Positions 23,101-30,039 of a stretch of DNA of 64,000 nt are shown here, piece after piece. The number at the start of each line of letters is the position of its first letter. The stretch's first letter is position 1. Origin of the DNA: an uncultured Gammaproteobacteria bacterium (GTDB taxonomy: Bacteria; Patescibacteriota; Patescibacteriia; SBBC01; CAIJZX01); NCBI GenBank assembly GCA_964518425.1, contig CAZFGG010000001.1, positions 54,597-118,596 on the forward strand, read 5' to 3'. The translations under genes were made by a program, and so were the position numbers. Below the pieces are notes generated by a model. It did not search any database. It had not been told where the DNA came from and saw only the letters and a program-made list of their open reading frames with translations.

Positions 23101-23720
23101 GACCCGAGTCTAGCGGTCCGAGTGGATCGACGCCCCCTCCACCGAATGGACCATCAGGCGGAGGAGCGGGGCGAGCTGGCCGCCGACCCTCTGGAGGAGG
23201 ATCTGGCCAAGCCTATCGGCAAGCTCAGCGAGCTCAACCCCCATCCCCGGGATCACCAATTGTTGTCCCAAGCGATGCGGATTTTCCATCCGATGAAGAA
23301 CGAAGCCGTGATCCTCGAATCGAACGACTCTCGCCAAAGCAAAAGGAACTTCGTAACAAAGTCGTTCAGCTCAGAGACGTTGTGGCCGGGGACAACGCGC
23401 TGACGTCGGATGATCGCCGCAACCTGAGAGAAGCTTTTGAAACAATCTTGAGTGAGCGCGATCAGGCACGGTTCCAAGCATTGATTCAATACGCTAACAA
23501 GGGCGGCAAACTCTCGGCTACAGAGAAGAAACAGTTTGAGGATCTTCTCGTAACCCTGGGGGCTGCTGATACGACGTATCAACAACCCGGCGCTGCTCGT
23601 AGTAGGAGCAGTAATCTAGGAGCTTCAACACCTTCCGAAAAAAGAACGATTCGTGATGCCGAGGCTGAAATTATTGAAGAGCCGCCAAGTCCTCCTCAAC
23701 AACCGAAGGAGAATTCATGA
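20130..23720 (+). CDS. Large polytopic membrane protein, VirB6/TrbL-like (Gram-positive PrgH/TcpH/ConG-type architecture) with long low-complexity C-terminal domain
   Basis: Starts 2 nt after upstream stop; about 8 predicted TM helices in first about 330 aa, followed by about 850-aa hydrophilic domain with coiled-coil, Gly/Ala-rich (GGGKGGTAAAAAAGVAAGVAG) and Pro-rich tracts. Homology call by architecture/genomic context only. Confidence 0.45.
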   Translation: MKRFLSRLRRIPHRWALLSSLVIVVVLIVIWPSPARADVQQVIFSDILSPIVTAMIRLFALLTAYIVGLLILVAQQNNFINSAPVVTGYPIVRDLANMIFIIALLIIAAGTILRLENYRYNRLLGRLIVMAFLVNLARFITGFFIQTSQVFMLTFVNAFKDIALGNFANMFGLDVVLKFSQQNPTATDASLFMTLVGGLAMMIIAFCVILAVVVILIVRIVALWILTILSPLAYALRIIPNTERYASQWWSEFGKYVVSGPVLAFFLWLALALSAGSANQSSVLFQSVNGTSGANANLTNQVQQQLAPIQKDFVTEIFSMPRLMTFIVSIIFLMMGMQYASKSGGAGAGFAKRIYEKGLGVGATATGLNAIRSQINERAVAPVQGWIKNRQAARQGRIQERTAALESAGARIRSQAPVMPGILGREGRERAAASAQNIEGQRTQQFIQSRGLQNLPHDDVMTRFLTTTGREQLAAMTVLKDRGRINLQDPNQEKAFNQAMAWNRVPEGDRLKMREEIFRSNMGGMDENSIRARLGASTDPEQRIQFAQELQRRQLLKVGRAEDEQISAGLLNDLAANPERLQAARESMMKTNPDMAKKVIFGSLADSSSRRAFLSAIQQKQMNPSALNHAVQDTFARAGEAAAIGNFLNQISPDAETLNSYRRQMDPEAAQEIFSHLTIADDASAEERQKVARVTGEWGKAFTQSNGTFLTAKNSDGTSKKNSDGSDVTLAQEFASKLGGEEISKNISLQALKDQNVLQSLRRSDNMKASHWEALRKRNKETRAALEEGLKGYADHLGAEAYDKQGNIILDLEKLGGNEDRFKENEFVVRNLMLASKGKENRYNLADEKARQAFERLVSGASAADLSDITKSPVYAAHTDTVNLLFGWKGKMNEVAEMLTENYQFAVDAMKETEKTLTEKIKAGGREGSIAYNRLKEMSKHPILSNYIAYPEKPSEGGGKGGTAAAAAAGVAAGVAGMAAAGGMGGSSQPGPESSGPSGSTPPPPNGPSGGGAGRAGRRPSGGGSGQAYRQAQRAQPPSPGSPIVVPSDADFPSDEERSRDPRIERLSPKQKELRNKVVQLRDVVAGDNALTSDDRRNLREAFETILSERDQARFQALIQYANKGGKLSATEKKQFEDLLVTLGAADTTYQQPGAARSRSSNLGASTPSEKRTIRDAEAEIIEEPPSPPQQPKENS

Positions 23721-24442
23721 CCCAGGATCCAAAGCTCTATCTCGAAGCCATAAAACGTCTTCCCCCATTGATGCGTCAGATTTTGAATAACGAAGCACTG
23801 GTCAGCCAAGCAATCACTCTTGGTGAAAAATACCATCTTTCACCTCAGCAAGAAACAGCCCTTATGGAGATTGAGCGAGAAGTCATTGCCCAAAATCTCA
23901 AAGTAATTGATATTGAAATGCGAATTCGAAACTCTCTACAAATTGATGCAACGTTGTCACAACAAATAGCTCGAGATTTCTTAGGAATGATCATTCTGCC
24001 GATGGAATGGTACCTTGGTCCAGTACAACCATTAATTCAGAAACTTGGGGGCCAGACTGAAATCTATTTCGATCAGGCCAAGAAAAATTTCCCGGAGATT
24101 TATCGTCAGTCTCCGACCAGCCAACCGATTCAAACTGAACAAGGTATTCTTTCAAAAGCTACTTCGACTATTTCTCCTGCTATCTTGGAAAACTTTGATG
24201 ACCGCCTGACCTCCTTTAAGGGCCGGGCCGAAGTTCTTCTGCGCTTGACCGGACTGTCGTCTCACTTGGAAGAGATGATGAAAAATAAGCAGGTCAGTAC
24301 GGAAGAAGGACAACAATTGATGCAGCAGCTCGACAGCATTTCCTACGCCGTCAACACCCAGGACCTCAACCAGTTCGAGGTTCAGTCAATCAAGCGTCAT
24401 TTGACGAAAGTTCTTGATCGGATCGGGCAGGCCCAAGCGTGA
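23717..24442 (+). CDS. Hypothetical cytoplasmic protein, translationally coupled to VirB6-like gene
   Basis: ATGA overlap at 23717-23720; 241 aa, no TM segments; no recognisable motif. Confidence 0.45.
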   Translation: MTQDPKLYLEAIKRLPPLMRQILNNEALVSQAITLGEKYHLSPQQETALMEIEREVIAQNLKVIDIEMRIRNSLQIDATLSQQIARDFLGMIILPMEWYLGPVQPLIQKLGGQTEIYFDQAKKNFPEIYRQSPTSQPIQTEQGILSKATSTISPAILENFDDRLTSFKGRAEVLLRLTGLSSHLEEMMKNKQVSTEEGQQLMQQLDSISYAVNTQDLNQFEVQSIKRHLTKVLDRIGQAQA

Positions 24443-24732
24443 TTCTACGATTGCCAGTAGTAACTCTTCAACCTCGGATGCTGATGCAGCGCGCCGGCTA
24501 CGTTGAGTTTCACGATCCGCGGAGTGGGGAAGTGTCCTATGTCCGTCGCCTCGGCACCCACTTCTACCCCCGGTTCCATGTGTACCTTGAATCGAAAACT
24601 GATCACCTCCGTTTGAACCTTCATTTGGATCAAAAACAACCGTCATACCCCGGCTTTACGAAGCATAGCGGTGAATACGATGGAATAACGGTTGAGGCCG
24701 AAGCTGAAAGGTTGAATAGGGCCTTAACTTAA
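24439..24732 (+). CDS. Small hypothetical protein (97 aa)
   Basis: 4-nt overlap with upstream stop; His/Arg-rich; no recognisable motif. Confidence 0.35.
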   Translation: MILRLPVVTLQPRMLMQRAGYVEFHDPRSGEVSYVRRLGTHFYPRFHVYLESKTDHLRLNLHLDQKQPSYPGFTKHSGEYDGITVEAEAERLNRALT

Positions 24733-24741
24733 ATCAAGGCT

Positions 24742-24775
24742 TGACAAATACCGTAGACTATGGTAGTCTCCGTGG
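24742..24775 (+). promoter_or_regulatory. Candidate promoter/operator: TTGACA followed by palindrome TAGACTA-TGG-TAGTCT
   Basis: TTGACA at 24742-24747; 7-bp inverted repeat tagacta/tagtct(c) with 3-bp spacer 17 nt downstream; sits in an unusual 186-bp gap inside an otherwise gap-free operon; strong SD AAGAAAGAGGTGA 6 nt before ATG 24919. Confidence 0.35.
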
Positions 24776-24918
24776 TTATTGTTGATACCTAAAGAGCTCT
24801 AGATGCTTTGGGGCCCTTTGAAAACTAAATAGGTTTCGAATCAAAGAAATCCGCGAGCCGCACAGACCGTGCGTCTCCTTGCGTTTGACCGCTCACCCCA
24901 AGAAAGAGGTGAACCAAA

Positions 24919-26010
24919 ATGGCTACCAAGGAGAAGAAAGGCTTACCCGAAGGATGGGAAGTCCCAATGGGAGCTGCCGCACAGGCCATCCTGAAGAGAA
25001 TCGTCAACGCCTCACTCGACTGGGTCGAGCGGGTCGATCGTGATCTCTTCTTGTCGGCCGCCTGGATCTACACTAACGAGTCAGCCGATAACATCAAGCT
25101 CTGGACTCAGGGTTCGTTTCTGGCGGGAGCGACGCTCCTCGAAAACATCGCCGACCATTTGCCAGTCTGGGAATGGATGCGGGAGGTGATCGAACGCGCC
25201 GGTCCCGACTTGCCGAACCTGGTCAGTCAGTACTTCAAGCTTCGTCAAGCACGCGGAACGCTCAACTTCCCGCCGGACTTCAAACCTCTGACGAGCGACG
25301 AAGCCAAGAAGAAATTGGCCCAGTTCGGAACAAAGGTCCAGGAAGCGTTCAGGGCAAGGTTGGAAAAATCCATACCGATCTTTGCGCGTCTTCGACAGCG
25401 CTGGGATGACCTGGTCGCCCGACTCAAGGGCGACGGCGAATTCCGGCACCATAGCTATAAAGCTTTCCGTCAAGCCTTTCTCGACGCCAATGATGAAGAA
25501 CGAGAACTGATCGTGGCCGCCTTCTGGGGCCCGCCCAACGCGGAAGAAGATCAACGGCTTCTTTCCGAACAGGAACTCTGGAACTTCAAGAAGGCTCACG
25601 AGTACTTCGGCGACAAGGAGAAGTTGGAGAAAATGGCCCGAATGAAACGGCGCCACCTTCGCTTCTTCCTGGCTATGGAAGATCAGGACGACTGGTTTAA
25701 TTTCCTGTCGCCTGATCTGAAAAAGAAATTCAAGGCCATCGTCACCGATGGCTATCAAACAACTGGTCACTTAGCCGACGACCTGGGCGGATGGAACGAC
25801 CGAATGGAACGGCGTTTGGACATCAGAAAGACCAATCAGCAGATTCAGCAAGGTGTTACCACGGGAATACTGCTGATGATCGGAGCAATCGCCTGTTTCA
25901 TGGGTGGCCGCCCCCTACCGGGCACCATCCTCTCGGTCGTCGTAGTCGCGATGGCCATATACTTCCTCTTGGCTCTGCGCAAGCAGCATAAGGAGACAGC
26001 CAATGGCTGA
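24919..26010 (+). CDS. Hypothetical protein, cytoplasmic domain with C-terminal double-TM anchor; first gene of a compositionally distinct 2-gene cassette
   Basis: 363 aa; strong SD; C-terminal hydrophobic stretch GVTTGILLMIGAIACFMGG...ILSVVVVAMAIYFLLAL; codon usage visibly shifted to AAG/GAG and C/G-ending codons relative to flanking genes. Confidence 0.55.
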   Translation: MATKEKKGLPEGWEVPMGAAAQAILKRIVNASLDWVERVDRDLFLSAAWIYTNESADNIKLWTQGSFLAGATLLENIADHLPVWEWMREVIERAGPDLPNLVSQYFKLRQARGTLNFPPDFKPLTSDEAKKKLAQFGTKVQEAFRARLEKSIPIFARLRQRWDDLVARLKGDGEFRHHSYKAFRQAFLDANDEERELIVAAFWGPPNAEEDQRLLSEQELWNFKKAHEYFGDKEKLEKMARMKRRHLRFFLAMEDQDDWFNFLSPDLKKKFKAIVTDGYQTTGHLADDLGGWNDRMERRLDIRKTNQQIQQGVTTGILLMIGAIACFMGGRPLPGTILSVVVVAMAIYFLLALRKQHKETANG

Positions 26011-27160
26011 CGAGAAGAAGCCGGAGGCCGCTGAGACGAAGGGTTCTTCAACCCATCGCGCTTGGTGGCAAGAAGTGCTGCTGAACATTCCGAAGGAACT
26101 CTATGGGTTCCTTAGCCTCGGACCGTTTGTACTCCTGATCTGGGGGATCTACCGTGACGAAAACGGTCGACGCCTGACAAAGGAGATGATCCGCAGCGGC
26201 AAGATCCTCTGGAAGTGGACGAACGAGGAATTCAACCGTTTGATCGGCGTGATCAACGTCGCGCTGCTGTTCATCGTCGCGATCAGCGGACTGCTTCTCT
26301 TCGGCATCTCGACCCCCAGTCAGTATTCATTCTGGGGAAGCGTCTGGCCCAACACCGTCCTTAACCGGACCTACCTCGGCTTGCCACTGATGCTGCTGGT
26401 GGTGTTCTGGATCGTCCAGATGATCTTCACCTTTTCCCGGCCGCTCATCGCGATCGGCTTGGCGGAGAAGTGGCTGACCAAGGACCGCAAGGACGAAGTC
26501 TTCGCCATTCGGTTCGTCCGGATGCAATTCAAGTTCGCGGGATGGTACGCCTTTGGGTTTACCGTTCTGAACGCGGTCACCTGGTACCACGAACCTGGCG
26601 CTCTGGCCATCGCGGTCCCGGGCTTACTCATCTACCCGCTGTTCTGCAATGCCTGGCGGCGTGGAGACTCGGAACATGTCCGGCGGACGGTCCTCATCGG
26701 GAACGCCTTCCTGGAAATGTGCTGCGTCATCTTCGCTTCTGTGCCGGGGTCATGGCATGGCCTGACGTCATTGGCCATCGGCGACAAAGTCATCGGTCCT
26801 TACGTCGCCCTGATCCTATTCTTCTCACTCGGCCTGCTGGCGGTTTCCCTCGGTCGAATCAAGACTGGGGAAGACAAAGCCCGCATCGCGAAAGCACAGT
26901 ATGACGAGCTCAAGGATGTTGACTTGGGTCGTGTAGCGGCCATCAAGTCATTGCTGAATGATGATTCCAAGTCAAACCGGACTGCCGCGTCACCAATGGG
27001 GTACTCGTACTCACAACCAGACACAGCCTGGGGGCGTCCGGTCCAGCCGCTCTCGCGCACCTCGGAGATTTTCCAGGCGATAATCGGCATCTTGCTTCTG
27101 TCCGCCGTCTTCATGGGTGCTGTCTACATGTTCAACCTGTACATGACCCGCAAGCCGTAA
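26003..27160 (+). CDS. Hypothetical polytopic membrane protein (about 8 TM), second gene of cassette
   Basis: 8-nt overlap (ATGGCTGA) with upstream gene; multiple hydrophobic helices; same AAG/GAG-rich codon usage; followed by a clear intrinsic terminator. Confidence 0.55.
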   Translation: MADEKKPEAAETKGSSTHRAWWQEVLLNIPKELYGFLSLGPFVLLIWGIYRDENGRRLTKEMIRSGKILWKWTNEEFNRLIGVINVALLFIVAISGLLLFGISTPSQYSFWGSVWPNTVLNRTYLGLPLMLLVVFWIVQMIFTFSRPLIAIGLAEKWLTKDRKDEVFAIRFVRMQFKFAGWYAFGFTVLNAVTWYHEPGALAIAVPGLLIYPLFCNAWRRGDSEHVRRTVLIGNAFLEMCCVIFASVPGSWHGLTSLAIGDKVIGPYVALILFFSLGLLAVSLGRIKTGEDKARIAKAQYDELKDVDLGRVAAIKSLLNDDSKSNRTAASPMGYSYSQPDTAWGRPVQPLSRTSEIFQAIIGILLLSAVFMGAVYMFNLYMTRKP

Positions 27161-27177
27161 CGCTCTTTCATTCTTTT

Positions 27178-27226
27178 GCCCAGTACCAATTCGCATTCGC
27201 GAAAAGGTACTGGGCATTTTCTTTTC
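27178..27226 (+). terminator. Rho-independent terminator
   Basis: GCCCAGTACC(27178-27187)...GGTACTGGGC(27206-27215) perfect 10-bp stem followed by ATTTTCTTTT. Confidence 0.7.
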
Positions 27227-27263
27227 CCCAGAAAACACAAAGAAAAACTGTTAATCAACCCTT

Positions 27264-27292
27264 TTGCTTGTTTGGCCGATTTGTGCTATAAT
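27264..27292 (+). promoter_or_regulatory. Sigma70-like promoter TTGCTT-17-TGcTATAAT (extended -10)
   Basis: TTGCTT 27264-27269, 17-nt spacer, TGC immediately 5' of TATAAT 27287-27292; 24 nt upstream of ATG 27316. Confidence 0.55.
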
Positions 27293-27315
27293 AAAGCCAC
27301 AAAAACAGACTGGAC

Positions 27316-28800
27316 ATGGAAGATATTTGGCAACAATTCCACCGTTTGCCGAAGACGATACGCGACTCCGTCGCTACGCCGGAAGCCTTGGCGACAGTGG
27401 ATCAACTTGAGCGCCAGCACCCAGGCCTTGATTTGGCTGGTTTTATCATGCGCGCCATGGTCAAGGAATTTCCTATCAATGAACTCAGTCAGAAGATGAG
27501 TCAGGAGGCTAAGCTCGATCAGCCAACCGCGGACGCGGTTACCCAAGAGTTAACGGCTAAGGTTTTTGGTCAACTCAGGGAATATCTTGGACTTCCGGCT
27601 AAGGTATCAGCACCAACAGTCATTCCGCCCACGCCACCACCGGCTCCGGTTCAACCTAAGACTGTTCCACCAATCCCGACAGCAGTACTAAGCCCGCTGG
27701 ATCAACCGAAAAAGGTCGTGCCAGCACCCCCAATCCAGCCGCTCGTTCCACTCGTCACGACCATGGCGGCTCCCCGGCCGGCCACGATGACGAATGTCGC
27801 CCCGACCCAAAATTACTCTGAAGATGATGACCAGGAGATTGCCCAGCAGGCCCGCCGCGTCAAAGATATCGCCGCCAGTTCAGAGACCATCGACCTTGAT
27901 ACGATCGTCGAACAAGTCATGCGCCAGCACAATTTGGCTTTCCGTGATGAGCTGCTGCAAAAGCGCGTCGTGTCCCTGTTGAAAGCTCGACTAAAAGGTA
28001 TCCGCGATTCTGATGACACGAAAGCGATGCTCATGCGGACACCGAAAGTCGGTGGCCTCGGCCTCGATCCAGATGTATCAGCCAACGTTGTGACGAGTCT
28101 TGACCAGGCGGCTGGACGTTTGAAAACGCGGGGCGCAGTTACCCCGCCACTACCAATCGCCCCGCCGCCTCCGCCGGTGGTTCCCCGCATTGAGCCAGAG
28201 CGTCCTGCTCCGAAACCGCCCCTGACGCGAGGCCTACCGCCAGAGAACCTACCGCTGGCGGCCAGCACGCCGCTCCCGAACGTGACCGATCAGCCGCGGC
28301 CGGCCCCGCTCCTGAAACGGCCGGCTGATATTCCCGCGCCGCCCCCAATAGCTGCAGGTCCCGCTCCGTTTGCCCCCAGCCCCCGACCGACCGCTCCGGC
28401 GAACCGACCGCTCATCACCCGGGAACGGTTGCCAGAACGACAAAACATTTCCGATATTACCCGCCCGAATATTCCGGTCATGGGGCCGGCTGGTGAAATG
28501 AGTAGTTTAACCCTGATGGAATTCCGTCGTCTTGGCCAGGGGGCATCCGACTCAGCCAATCGTTTACTCGAAAAATTCAAGCACTACCAAAAAGAATCCT
28601 TTCCGCTCTGGGCCGAAGCGATCGCTGGCTGGCGGCAAAGCGAAGTCCATCGGATCTATCTTGACATGGGCCGACAAAGCCTTGACCAGGGCACGCCGAT
28701 TACGCAAGTCATTCAACAACGGGCCAAGTCCGGCTTGCCATATTTATCCGAACACGAATTCGCTATTGTCTCGGATCTCAACCGTCAGCTCCAACTCTAA
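27316..28800 (+). CDS. Proline-rich hypothetical protein (494 aa)
   Basis: Long PPxP/PxP-rich central region (TPPPAPVQPKTVPPIPT..., PPLPIAPPPPPVVPRIEPERPAPKPP), structured N- and C-terminal domains; first gene after promoter; antisense Gly/Arg-rich ORFs are mirror artefacts. Confidence 0.55.
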   Translation: MEDIWQQFHRLPKTIRDSVATPEALATVDQLERQHPGLDLAGFIMRAMVKEFPINELSQKMSQEAKLDQPTADAVTQELTAKVFGQLREYLGLPAKVSAPTVIPPTPPPAPVQPKTVPPIPTAVLSPLDQPKKVVPAPPIQPLVPLVTTMAAPRPATMTNVAPTQNYSEDDDQEIAQQARRVKDIAASSETIDLDTIVEQVMRQHNLAFRDELLQKRVVSLLKARLKGIRDSDDTKAMLMRTPKVGGLGLDPDVSANVVTSLDQAAGRLKTRGAVTPPLPIAPPPPPVVPRIEPERPAPKPPLTRGLPPENLPLAASTPLPNVTDQPRPAPLLKRPADIPAPPPIAAGPAPFAPSPRPTAPANRPLITRERLPERQNISDITRPNIPVMGPAGEMSSLTLMEFRRLGQGASDSANRLLEKFKHYQKESFPLWAEAIAGWRQSEVHRIYLDMGRQSLDQGTPITQVIQQRAKSGLPYLSEHEFAIVSDLNRQLQL

Positions 28801-28803
28801 GCT

Positions 28804-29283
28804 ATGCCTAACCAATTCGTCGTACCACAATTTATCGACGTCGAGGATAAAATTCTCGGACCAATTTCCGTTCGCCAGTTTATTATCGTCTTAACCGGTA
28901 CGGGCTTGGTGGTTGGCGCTTACCAGATCCTCTACAAGCTGGCGAATCAGTTCATTCTCTTTATCGTCAGCGCCCTGGGTATCCTGGCCGGTGTCCTGAT
29001 GTTCGCCTTTATCAAGGTCAACGGGCGACCGTTTCACCTCTTCGTCCTCAACCTTCTCCAGTCAGTCAAAAACCCCCATCTTCGTATTTGGAATAATCAA
29101 ATGGCCGAAATATTGCAATATCGGAAAGAGCCGCCCCCGCCACCTCCGCTGCCCTTAAAACAACCACTGACGAAAACAAATCTGGCAAAATTGGCGTTGC
29201 TGGTTGATACTGGCGGGGCCTATCACGAAGACGACGATCTGCTCTACATCGGCCAACCTCTCGCCCCCTCACCTCCACGTTAA
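28804..29283 (+). CDS. Small two-TM membrane protein, PrgI/VirB3-like (T4SS)
   Basis: 159 aa; N-terminal PQFIDVEDKILGPISVRQFIIVLTGTGLVVGAYQI + second TM LFIVSALGILAGVLMFAFIKVNGRPFHLF, the PrgI-family pattern; located directly upstream of VirB4-like ATPase as in Gram-positive conjugation loci. Confidence 0.45.
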   Translation: MPNQFVVPQFIDVEDKILGPISVRQFIIVLTGTGLVVGAYQILYKLANQFILFIVSALGILAGVLMFAFIKVNGRPFHLFVLNLLQSVKNPHLRIWNNQMAEILQYRKEPPPPPPLPLKQPLTKTNLAKLALLVDTGGAYHEDDDLLYIGQPLAPSPPR

Positions 29284-29286
29284 ATC

Positions 29287-30028
29287 TATGGCCACGACCT
29301 CTGCCAAAAATAAGAATCTGGTTCGGAAAAAAACGGGTATCTCTACCCAGCAGTACTTAGATATTTTAGAAATTCGTGACGACGCCGTCATTTTGAAGAA
29401 CGGAACGATCTTAGCGGTGATTCTCGTGGCCTCGATCAATTTCTCGCTCAAATCGGACGAAGAACAAGACGCGGTTATCGAAGCCTACGTTTCGTTCCTC
29501 AACACCATCGATTTCCCCCTGGAAATCGTCATTCAATCGCGTCGCTTGAACATCGATGAGTATTTGGAAATGCTCAAGAAAGTCGAGAAGCAGCAGACGA
29601 ACGAACTGCTCCAGATTCAAACCCGGGAATACCGTCAATATGTGGCCGAACTTGTCCAAATCGCTGACATCATGACCAAGCGGTTCTATGTCGTCGTTCC
29701 CTTTTCATCGAAAGTTGATCGCCCCGGGAAATTCTTTAGCCGATTAGCCGATATTCTCAATCCTACATCGACTATCCATCTCAAGCAGAAACAGTTTGAA
29801 CAATACCGTCTAGAATTGTACAAGCGAGTGGATAACGTTTCGAACGCCTTAGCTTCAGCCGGATTGAAATCGGCGGTCTTGGACACCCAAAGCCTGATCG
29901 AACTGTACTATAATTCCTATAATCCCGAGACGGCCCGCCAACAACAAGTCGCCGATGTCGATAAACTGAGCCTGGAAGACGTTTCCAGTATTAAAGAAGA
30001 TGTCCCGGGTAAAGAAAAACGAACCTAA
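29287..30028 (+). CDS. Hypothetical soluble protein between VirB3-like and VirB4-like genes; weak resemblance to VirB4 N-terminal-domain pattern
   Basis: 247 aa from ATG 29287 (MATTSAKNKNLVRKK...); segment DILEIRDDAVILKNGTILAVILVASINFSLKSDEEQDAVIEAYVSFLNTIDFPLEIVIQSRR resembles CagE/TrbE/VirB4 N-domain consensus; no Walker motifs. Confidence 0.35.
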
Positions 30029-30039
30029 TCTCGAACGGA

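Noticed and set aside
27813-28580. Gly/Arg-rich antisense ORFs (27813..28268 -, 28290..28580 -)
   Set aside because: They are mirror images of the Pro-rich (CCN) codons of the + strand gene 27316..28800, since the antisense of CCN is NGG, giving Gly/Arg. They are not independent genes.
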